64,000 nucleotides of DNA, taken from Chrysomallon squamiferum. Lineage: Eukaryota; Animalia; Mollusca. This document shows, piece after piece, positions 53,100 to 64,000 of this stretch. How positions within the stretch are numbered: the first letter of the stretch is position 1; every line of letters begins with the position of its first letter. Location of the stretch: the NCBI GenBank assembly GCA_012295275.1, contig CM022679.1, positions 11,594,001 through 11,658,000 of the forward strand, in the 5' to 3' direction. The translations under genes were made by a program, and so were the position numbers. The notes under the pieces were generated by a model. The model did not search any database. It worked only from the letters and a program-made list of their open reading frames with translations, and had not been told where the DNA came from.

Positions 53100-53999
53100 C
53101 TTCAACAATTTGTGTCAGCATTCACTGTGCACATCCACACTGCTATTTTTTATCATTAAAAAAAAAAAAAAAAAAAAAATATATCTGGAATAATATCAAA
53201 CAAAACTAGATTAAATTTTACTCTACTGCTCAAAATATAGTAAACATGAATATACAGTTCATATTAGTTTTTAGTCTTTTCTATAATGTGTTAGCTCTTC
53301 TGATGATTATGTGTTGAAATGAAATTTTATTCTTAGAAAGACTTGGTGTTCTAATTTAAAAAAAAATTATTTCATTAGTGTTGTAGCTATATCACTTCTC
53401 GTTTTTATTTTTTTATTTTTTATAAAAATGATTATACCTCTATTTTGTGTACCATAATTATTTTTGTCCTGAAACATTTACACTAATTAGTCAGCCTTAA
53501 AGTTACCTGTAGTGACATTAATTAATTACTTAATAAATGAATGAACAAATGAATAACATTATATTTCCAATTTAAAAAATATATATATTTATTTATTTTT
53601 ATAGTGTAGAAGAAATGTTTAGAGTAAATCAGTACATCCTGTAAGTGATTACTTCAGCCTCTGGTTTAGAAACATATAATAACACTAAACTAAGATAAAA
53701 TTTAGAAATATTAAGAAAATATTTAGACTATTCATCTCCACAAAACACTTTACATCAAGTTGAGCAACTACTGTACATAGTGAAACAAATCCAAACCATA
53801 CTCTAGCCTAAATAAACTTGACCTTTAGAGTTTACTATTTATATAATATTAACAAAATATTTTAAAGATAATTTATTAGCATCAGATAATCGATATCTCA
53901 AACTGTTTATGCCATATGCATGCAGCATTGTTCATTTAAAATACAACTCATCAACTGTGTACTTCAAGCATAAAAATATCTCTTAAACTTAAAGAATTT

Positions 54000-54630
54000 A
54001 AATAATGTCAATAAATTGTGATATACAAGATACAAAATCTATGAGCATATTACGTCATTGAAGCATTTGAAATCTCTTAATAATAATAATAATAACACTG
54101 CTGAGCATTCCTATATAAGTGCTGAAATTTTCAGTTGCATTCAATATTCTTCTACACCCTCTTTGATTTCCTTTGAATAAAACATATAGAGTTACTTCCC
54201 TTCGTTATAATAATTTAAAGATAGTCTTCGTAGAAAATGTTGTTTAAAAACATCCATATATACAACAATATAAAAAAAGGATACTGTTATCGTCGTCAGG
54301 AATTTACTGACCCATACATATTTAGAAACAGAGTGTAATTACGTTGTGTGCATTTAATGAAAAACAGAGATAACGGAATCACAAGATTCACATCAAGCCG
54401 ATTGACATTCGTGACGAACCTACTTCAAAGATTGCTTGCATTTTTTTGTCATAGATACTGATAGATATTTGAATTCTGTCGAAATAGTTGATTAAATCAC
54501 AACAGATATACTATTATATTTGCACAGACTTTACAAAGTTATTATAACAGATGAATAAAGAGTTTTACTTCGTAGTATCTTTGCTGTGGTGCTTCTGTAA
54601 AACGTATGGAAAGAATTAATTTTGGGTGAA
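54000..54630. promoter_or_regulatory. Probable bidirectional promoter region between PLA2G6 (-) and FUT copy 1 (+)
   Basis: Head-to-head start codons about 1.5 kb apart (53099 and 54632), with local CpG retention. Confidence 0.5.
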
Positions 54631-54631
54631 A

Positions 54632-57600
54632 ATGGGAATACCATACAATGTTGCAACTTACATTTTTCATAAGTTATTCACAAAAAGCGTCTGCTGTTCC
54701 AGACGCAATTTTATTATTTTTAATATTCTAATTTTTTTTAGTATAAGTATTGTGGGTTATATGGTGAGTTTGGTTTTTGTAAATAATTATAATTACTTAA
54801 ATTAGTATAAATAGTAATAATGATAAAATGAGTAATTATTTTTTTTTAACTTTAACTTTTTGTGAATTGCACTTTTAGTCTCATAAATAATATTTTATTT
54901 CATCTTATTTTTTATTTATTTTTACTATTTATTTATTTATTTGTTATTGTGGTTATAATTGTTACTATTATTATTATTATTTATTTATTTATTTTTCGGC
55001 ATATAAAGTTTGCAGTTAACACAGATTTAGTAAATGTATAAAAAGTATATTTCATTTGAATTCACATTTTGTTATTTGATATTTAGAATACATTTTAGAC
55101 CTTGAAGTCAGTTAAGTAATCAAGAAAATTCCATTTTATAGCATTACCAGAAGGTGACTTATAAAATGTTTTCATTTCCAGACCTTATCAAAAGAGACTT
55201 CAGAAGATTCTGCAGAACAGACTGACTATGTAGAAAGTAAGCATTGCCAGTGACTGGGCCATTTAGCTCAATTACTGAATACAACCTTTGATATATTTTT
55301 AGTTTAACTGATTACTTTAAACAATTGTTGATGAAATTCTGGAATACAAAAATTAGATTTTATGGTAGTGAAAGTTGCAGGAAAGTCATGCAGTAAGCAC
55401 TACATTGCTAGTGTTGATGTTGTAGATAATGAGGGTGGCTAGCAAGTCAGTACTGAAGTTGTTCCATTCATTCCAAATTCACAGGTATATCACCTATAAA
55501 CTTCCCAAGCTGGACTGCTGGGAAGATCCAGCCAAGTTGCCTACAGACTGGCCTAACACACATGTAGGCCAACATAAAAAAAAAACCTGGACAATAAGTG
55601 TATTAAGGATTTGTTTACCAGAAAATGTAATGACATTAGTGCATAGACTGGATTTAGAATACACATAGAATCATATCAGTATTCTATATACGATTGACAT
55701 GTGTTCAAATCTACCTCTATATGTCAATTCGTTTTACTGTAAGTTTTGTATCAATCTTGATGAAAGTTGCAGTTGAGTTGTAAGTGTTTTATCACGAGAT
55801 GCCACATTTTGGTTAAAATTAGAGGTTTTAATTATTATTTGATGCCACTGGTTAATGTGTAAATGCCAACAATTTATTTATTTGTCCAAAACTGTAGACT
55901 GATCATGATGACAGTTAATCGTATAATTTTCAGAATTAGGTCAGCTAGAGCAAGCAGCTTCTAAGAGTTTTGATAATATCCACAAGCCTATAATTGTATG
56001 GTGGACACCATTCAGTCTTGAACAGGGAAATTACAAGAAATGCAATGATGTTCAGTGTTTCTTCACTGTAGACAGATCCTTCTGGAATCATTCCATGACG
56101 AAGGTAATTAAAACTATTTTCTTCATATTAATATATACACACATCACTGATTAGATCACATATAGCGTTATTACATTTCAGATTAAAAAATATATTTTCT
56201 AAAACTAATAACATTTAAAATGTTATTTAAAACTACTTCTAATTAATTTATGTAAGTGGGAAAGCACTCTTTAATATAGAGCCTGTTAAATTTTTCAGGC
56301 TTTTATGTTTTATGGATCTCTGTTTGAAGCATCTGACTTGCCATTACCTCGATCAAGTGAGCATGACTGGGCTCTTCTTCATGAAGAATCTCCTAAAAAC
56401 AACTATCTTTTTTTATTTCCTGAAATAATTACTCTATTCAACCACACAAGCACCTTCCGACGTGAATCTGACTATCCTATCACTACCCAGTATCTATATA
56501 GCCTTGAGTGGTTAGAAACTACAAAGTATTTAGTGTCAGTAGAATTAAAAAACAAATATCAAAGAGAATCGGGATTGTCTCCAATTATATATGTCCATTC
56601 AGACTGTGATCCACCATCAGACAGAGATAAATACACTAAGATATTGATGAAGTACATCAATGTTGATGCATATGGAGAATGTCTTCATAACAAAGATTTG
56701 CCAAATCAGTAAGTTGTTCTTGGAATTAGTTTAATGATTAGTCAGAATAAAATAAAATAAAAAGATTTGCACGTTATTCTTATGGTTGGTATAATATTTA
56801 ATCAAAACAGAATGAAAGTTCTTTTGGTTACATAGGTTGTTATAGCCTAATAGTTTATTAATAATGCAAACTAAAAAATGGGCAAAGATTCGTAACAAGC
56901 TCTATAATCAAAATTAATAGCTTTAGATTAGTAAATGCTTTAAGTAATAACTTGTTTTCAGTTTTGCCCATTTGTCCTGATGATTAAACCTAATGTTAGA
57001 AGAATAGCATTATTAGTATGATTTGTTTTAAAATTCTGTTTAACTATAGTTTAAAAGAACCTTTAAGAGACATGATGGATCCTGATTTCATAGCACTGAT
57101 TGGAAAGTATAAATTCGCCTTAGCAATGGAAAATGGGCGTTGCAAAGACTATATGACAGAAAAGTTATGGAGACCACTTGTGGCAGGTGCTGTTCCAATT
57201 ATATTAGGTTCAGATTCTGTTATGGTAAGATGAGTTTAAAGTACATTTTGTAAATATTAGCGTCAGTCAGATCAATTGCTCAGATATAATGCAGTTAATT
57301 TATTTATACAAATTTATTATAAAGTGTTGAAAGTATTTTCAAAATAAAAATCTCAGGTTAAATGTTTTTAGTAATTTTAATACCAAGAACAGGTTTTTTC
57401 TTATTTAGACTAAAAATCCATGTACAATGTAATTTAAAAACTTTTAATGTGATTTTCATTTGTCAGTGTTTTGTCAAAGTTGTTCTCATTTTAGGCCTCT
57501 TTTTAAATTTTTCAAAATTATTCTGAAAGTTAATCCACCACTGATTAAGGTCTTTGCTTCAAATCCTCAATCTTTTCCTGATAACTGTAATTGTTAAATG

Positions 57601-58312
57601 GAGTCTGTACATCCATCATTTTGTATGCATGCACACTGAAATAAATGAGAAAGTCTTTTGAAATACAATATGTTTCTTTTTTCTTCTTCTTGTTTTCAGT
57701 TTTATTTAAAAAAAATCTTTATCCAAAATTCTGTCTACGAGTATGACATAACTTTCTACAGATACTGACAGAGACCATTATATAATGTTTTGGTGTTTGT
57801 TATTTTTTCAGGAATTCATGCCTTCAGCCCATTCTGCCCTAAGTATTGATAACTTCAAAAATGTGAAGGAGTTAGCTGACTATCTGAATTACTTGAATAA
57901 CAATGATGCTGAATATGATAAATATCTCACCTGGAAGCATACTGGAGTCACAAATGAATTTCTTAAAAAGCAGTTGAAAGAAAGAGAATGGTCAGTTGAT
58001 GCAGCAGATAATAAATATCGAACTCATTTAAATTTTGTTGATGGATTTGAGTGCTTTGTATGCAAGAAAATTCACAAAAACATCAATAATCAAAATACTC
58101 TAAAATATCAAGCCACACAAGAACACTATGGCTGCCCCAAACCTGTGAAATTTGATGATAATGGTGTTCCGATTCCAAACAATTCACTTGTTGATGATGA
58201 ATGGAATTATTTTCGAGATGTGGCTAAAGCCACAAGAAAACTTGTTTTAAAAAATGTCCCATTTAAAAGAAGTGAGCTGTCAGCCGAGGCTGGTGTTCAT
58301 CCTGCATACTAA
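54632..58312 (+). CDS. GT10 fucosyltransferase of the FUT10/FUT11 subfamily, copy 1, 480 aa, 6 coding exons
   Basis: Exons 54632-54763 (type II membrane anchor RRNFIIFNILIFFSISIVGYM), 55182-55236, 55934-56103, 56299-56708, 57050-57224 and 57812-58312 join in phase (1443 nt). Motifs: PIIVWWTPF, WALLHEESPKNNY, SDCDPPSDRD, YKFALAMENGRCKDYMTEKLWRPL, FECFVC. FUT10 versus FUT11 cannot be decided by eye. Confidence 0.93.
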
Positions 58313-61089
58313 CTTTGTTACTCTTCCAAACCATTAAGACAAAACAAATCCAACATTAACTTTATGAATGAACAGCTCTTAATTGTTGTGAACCTGTTTT
58401 TCATAACACCAAATCCAAAACAGAATAATGCCTGCGATGATCAGATAACAAGAAGTAGAAAAATACCTAAGTGCATTTTTTGTATAGTTTTGAACAAAAT
58501 ATCACTAATGGTTTGATTATACCTAGACAAAAATGTGTATTACAAACTTTTAGTTCATTGATTTACTGGAATGTAAACTACTCTATTGCATTTCAAAAAT
58601 GTAAATAAATAAAGCACGAAAAGTCATTAAAAAGAAAAAAGCAACAACAACAAAAAAGAAGACACTTTATCTTATATCTCTATAAAAAGATCAGAGCATC
58701 ATCAGCCATTCATCCTAAAATAGAGATTATCCTTTTTGTATGGAAAAACAAACAAACTGTGCATGGTGGAATCAGTATTTAATTCATAACAATGACAAAA
58801 GACTGTTTATTGTTTACTCAGAGGTTGTACTTATATGAGCAGCCATTGATTATTTCATCACCCAGTCAGTGGCCATTAATTAACTGCAACAAAGCTAGGT
58901 GATGTGCTTTCATATTAATTGGAAGTTGCATTTAATAAAATAAAATAAAGTAAAAGTATCCCAATGTGTGGCAGCAGCATATTTTATCTCTCAACATCAG
59001 TTTTGTCCTTAACTATTACTTCATTTAATTGTAGGTTTAAAATGTGGTGCCAAACTAAATGTGTGTTCATTGTTTAGTGTTTTATCAGTAAATCATGGTT
59101 TTGTTCATCTTACATTTTACATTGCTTCTAGCATATTTTATTCTCATGTATATTATTAAAATAATTATAGTTATATTTTTATTACCTTTTTTATAGTAAA
59201 TATAAAAGTGTTTCATTTCTATCTTTTGGAATTTAACATTACTGCTATTTTATTTTGCCTGAGGTATATTGGAGGAGATTTGGATTGTTAATTAACTAGA
59301 AAATATGTAGAAAATATCTATGCTGAAATAAAACAAGTCTAAAGAAACATAAACAGTAATTTTTGCTAGGGAGATGTTACAAAAATAATTTATTAACAGC
59401 AGCATTTTGAAATGTTTATGCCAAATACATTGTTTTTTAAACTAAAAGTATTGTAATGTCACAATTTGTCACTTGGGCAACAATTGTTGAAAATATGATT
59501 TTCAGCATCATGATTTGTCAGCTCTGGTATGCTGATACTTTAACAATACCATTAGAGTCGGTTATTATTTGTTATTATTTGTCACATTAATTTTTGTCAA
59601 TTGTGTTTTCCATTGGCAATAAGAGGTATTAATTAAACAATTGTTGAATGCATCAAATACAATATGAAATTCTAATTTATACAAAATGGTGGAAATAAAT
59701 TAAATCCGGGTTAATGTAATGTTCTGAAGAAATGGAATTTGACATTCAAGATCTTTAAAAAAAGGATACAAAAAATCTCTTGATATGACTGATAAAAGAT
59801 AGAGTGATTCCAGCAAGATTGTAAACACAGCAAAAACAAGAGGTACAAAGTGAGCGGCAACATGTCTTTCCTTTGAATGACGTCAAAAAGGACATTAATT
59901 TGTCCATCTTTTCGTTGCCCATCCAAAAAGAATTAAACAGTTTTATGTATACTAAAACAACAGGCCACAGTAAACACTGGCATGTTTATTGTTATTTTAT
60001 GCAGTTGCCGTTACATATGGCAAGTAAATAATAGAAATAACAAAAATATGCCACCCATGGTAAATTGGAAAGTATAAATATGAATTTCTTACAATTTTTG
60101 TAGTTTTACTGAATGCACGCATTTCTGTAGTTTCTGCCACTAGTTTGTATGGTGCGCGATGACGTCACCATTCTAAGATGATGGGAGAAAAAGGTGCCAT
60201 TCATAGTTTTCGTAAGAGCGATGATAAGTCATCAGAACAAAAACTTACAAAGTAAAAATAATTTGTTAGTACAATTACTTCTACTGACGAAGACACTTTG
60301 AAATAATGTCAGTAAATAATGATGCGTCACATTTTAAGTTCTTATGCCTTTTGTTAATGTTATAAATAATATTTCCACACCTTTTTTCCTTTGAAGAGAA
60401 AGGAGTTACTAATTTTTAAATAATTTATTATACATCTGCTTTACAAACACAAACGTGGTAATCATAAACAATGTAGTAAACCGATACTATCCAGTATCCT
60501 CACTAATTAGTCACAAACTCGTATTACAGAGATTACGAAACCAATAACAAATGGACTACGGTGCGTTTATCAGACAACTTCCTTAATCAGCCAAAAACAA
60601 CTACAATAATTTGTCACAGAAAATTGAATTCATTCGACTGATTATTCATATCATGTTCACTATATAATTTCTGCACACGATGTATAAAATCATGAGCATA
60701 TTTTTGCTGAGGTGCTTTGGTAACATTTATGGAAAATAATTACTTAAAGAGCAGACTATACTGAAAGTCTGTCAAGTCATCGTTATCGAAAAATGGGAAT
60801 ACTCTACAGCACTTTAAATTACATTTTTCATAAATGTTTCATGGATTGCTTTTGCAGCTCAAGATATCTTTTTATTTTTCTTAATTTCATAGTTTTTCTG
60901 AATATGGTTGTAAGTTATTAAACATGATTAATTTTCAAAATTAATAAAATAAATAAACACGTTAAATTTATTTTATTATAGGCTTATACTCTAATTCGAT
61001 TTAGTATTTTTCGAAAGTACTGTTTATATATATATATAAACTTTATTTTATTATTTTAAATTTATTATTATATTTATTTATTTATTTTT

Positions 61090-61092
61090 ATT

Positions 61093-61164
<72 letters not shown>

Positions 61165-61177
61165 TTGATTTTCCTTA

Positions 61178-61212
<35 letters not shown>

Positions 61213-61235
61213 TTTTTTTTTTTTTTTTTTTTTTT
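61090..61235. repeat. (TAT)n microsatellite and poly-T tract
   Basis: Read directly from the sequence; it explains the poly-N/poly-K ORFs on the minus strand. Confidence 0.95.
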
Positions 61236-61510
61236 GGACTGTGACAGTTATTTTTCTGTAGTCGTGGTACAATCCCGACAGATATAGCATGGTGGCGGAC
61301 GATCAAATGTTTTGTTACTGAATTTTGATACCTTATTATTACTATTATTTTTGGTGCTGTTGGGTGTGAGGGTTTTTTGGGGTGGTGGTAAGGGTGAGTG
61401 CTTTCCTTGTGGGTTTTCTTGCAAATTTCACTGGTAGACCTGAAATGCAACAAATCATCAAAACTTGTTGCATGTAAATTCAATCTGATTTTAAGGAATA
61501 TTTATATATA

Positions 61511-63274
61511 TGCTATTTACTAGTGCAAAGGTTTGTATTTTGTATTTAAAATGTTTATCATTGTTTATTTACATTATCAAACGCTGAATTCATAAGGCTT
61601 AATTTTTCTATTTTCTTTCTTTCTTCTTTTGGTAAGTTGCAGTTGTTAGACACATTTTAGTCAAAAGTAGATATTTCATAGAAAAAGCAACATCTTTCAG
61701 TTATTCAGTTTCTTTTATTTATTTTAATTCTGAAGTCACGTTAGTAACGAAGAAATTTCCGATTTCTTGGCTTTACCAATGAAAATGAAAATGTGGAGAG
61801 TGTTTTGGGTTTTTTCTTCAGATGTTTTCAAAAGAGTCCACCGAGAAACCGGAATATGTAGAAAGTAAGTATTAATAATATCTGATCCCACTTAGCTCAT
61901 TCACTGTTTAATACTAACAGAGATACCTTAGATTTCAGGTTACAGTAATTCTGGCAATAAAAATAATGCAATATTATTTTGCTGCGTTGATTAACCGACT
62001 GTAGTTTGAAATTCGGCAACAATATTTTTATATTTAAATATTTATGTGGCTTAAAGTATTTGACAATAATGTCTGTGACAATATAAAAATCAGTTGTTAT
62101 GGATCAAACTTACACTACACTCACACTGCTCAAACTGACATTTTAATTTAATTACTTTTCATAAATATTTTTAATTCCTCAAAGTATCATATACAGGTTG
62201 GCCACTTCAGAGAAAATGCAAATATAACCCAACAATTTGTAAATTTCCAATAGTTTAGTAACCAAAATTTGAAATGGCTGTGACAGTTTGCTATGTTATT
62301 TAATTAGAAAGCAATTCGAAAATGATTTACTAGTGCGCGTACGAGTAAACTTGTGTTAAAGCCTTGACGCTGGTATTAATTTGTAATTATCAGCTTATCA
62401 AAGAACTTAACATTATTATATCATTAACATAACTAGTTTAATCACGTAGTTTAGAACATATTTTAGAGTTTAGTAAACGATATTTGTATATAACAAGCAG
62501 CATTAAAATACACTGGACCTTCCTCAGATTTTACTTTCACTAAAACATTTGGCAGCATTTCTTGCGCAAATCACCTAAAAAAAAAAAAAAGTGCCCAGAA
62601 TAATTTGAATTTGTACTTGAAGTGTATAGAGTGACTTTAATTTGGTACATTTATATAATCAGGGAAAATTGATGCTGAGTTAGTTAAAAGTCAACAAATT
62701 TTCTAATAGTAATTGGACGGCAACCATATGTGTGTGTGTGAAAGATGATACGCACAATTACAAAATTTTACAGATTGATGATTATGAAAATTAATCTTCA
62801 TGTATTTGTATTTAGTAACAGATATTTTTCAATATACGTACATCTTGCCATGGTTTTAGAAATTAATCAGCAGAAACAAACGTGTCTGGGAGAAATCAGC
62901 AGACCCATAATTATATGGTGGACGCCATACAATCGTGAAGAGGGAAGGTACAAAAACTGTAATAATGTTCAGTGTTTTTTCACTGTAAATAGGTCTTTTT
63001 GGAATCATTCCATGACAAAGGTAAGCAAGATTACTTTATTAACTTCGACCTTTTTCTCATGTTAGTACATAGACATATCAATGTTTAAGTAACAGCAATA
63101 AAATACTATTACGTTTCAAATTAAAAATATATTTCTAAAAGTATTAAGGTGTTAAAATTAAGTAAATAAATAAAACAGATGGAAAAGTCAGTCTTTAACT
63201 TACCTTTGTAGTGGAATGCTATTAGCTAGTGCAAAGGTTTGTATTTTGTTTTTTAAATGTTTATCATTGTTTAT
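61511..63274 (+). repeat. ~58-bp dispersed direct repeat (61511-61568 and 63217-63274)
   Basis: TGCTATT(TA/AG)CTAGTGCAAAGGTTTGTATTTTGT(A/T)TTT(A/T)AAATGTTTATCATTGTTTAT occurs twice. Confidence 0.85.
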
Positions 63275-63706
63275 AGCAGTGTGAAAATTTTTTCAGGCAT
63301 TTATGTTTTTTGGATCACAGTTTAAAGCCTCTGACCTGCCATTACCTCGGTCAAGTCATCACGACTGGGCTCTTCTTCATGAAGAATCTCCTAAAATTAA
63401 TTACATCTTTTCTTTTTCTGACATAATGACTCTGTTCAATCACACGAGTACATTCCGACGTGAATCTGATTATCCAATTACTACCCAGTATCTGTATAGT
63501 CTTGAGTGGTTAGAAGATACAAAGTATTTGGTGTCAACTGAATTAAAAAACAAATATCAAAAAGATTCAGGATTCTCTCCAATTATATATGTCCATTCAG
63601 ATTGTGATCAGCCTTCCGGTAGAGATAAATACACCAAGATACTGATGAAGTACATCAGAATTGACTCATATGGGAAATGTCTTCATAACAAAGACTTACC
63701 AAGTCA
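61822..63706 (+). CDS. FUT10/FUT11-family fucosyltransferase, tandem copy 2 (first exon unresolved; 3' part beyond the window)
   Basis: Exons 61822-61864, 62860-63020 and 63297-63706 have the same phases as copy 1 exons 2-4; exon 4 is 410 nt in both copies. Protein: PIIIWWTPY...WALLHEESPKINY...YGKCLHNKDLP. Confidence 0.9.
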
Positions 63707-64000
63707 GTAAGTTATTCTTAGAATTAGTTTAATGGTTAAACAGAGGATTATGATTTAACAAGTTTTCTCCATGTTATTCTTAAAATCATTATAGTGGCGA
63801 ATGAAAACAATAAAAAGTTTCTGTATTGTCTATGTTATAATTTACACAAGTAGTTGTTGTAATTCATCTTTTTGTTTTCTTTTTCTTCTTTTATTATTAT
63901 TATTATTATTATTACACTATTTTTAATATTTTTCTTTATTCCTTTATTATTATTAATGTTTTTCATAATTGTATATGCATGATCAAATTTACTGAAATAA

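Noticed and set aside
55380-55670. Possible LINE 3' remnant in an intron of FUT copy 1
   Set aside because: Only short, ambiguous motif hints are present, with no continuous reverse-transcriptase frame.
61096-61483. Poly-Asn/poly-Lys ORFs on the minus strand
   Set aside because: They are translations of the (TAT)n and poly-T tracts.
1-64000. CRISPR arrays, rRNA, tRNA, operons or prokaryotic defence systems
   Set aside because: The sequence is eukaryotic with spliceosomal introns. I saw no spaced direct-repeat arrays or recognisable structural RNA genes by eye; small ncRNAs could be missed without a covariance-model search.

Overview
AT-rich, intron-containing animal genomic DNA, probably an invertebrate and possibly a mollusc (inferred from composition and gene style only). 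Exons were assembled by hand from GT-AG sites and reading phase, and protein names come from recognised motifs, not database searches. In order, the window holds: the last four coding exons of eEF2 kinase (+) and a probable ~7.5 kb 3' UTR; a large multi-exon gene (-) for an unnamed low-complexity RRM protein whose central exons are frame-disrupted; PDRG1 (+), whose 10 kb first coding intron holds two paralogous single-exon C2H2 zinc-finger ORFs on the same strand; a complete 16-exon PLA2G6/iPLA2-beta (-); and two tandem FUT10/FUT11-family genes (+), the second cut off by the window end. Tigger/pogo, Tc1/mariner and probable piggyBac remnants lie in introns and between genes. The best candidate for an undescribed system is the PDRG1 locus, where one promoter may yield either PDRG1 or the nested zinc-finger proteins through alternative last exons. 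Two copies of one Tigger element show opposite CpG decay, consistent with gene-body methylation.
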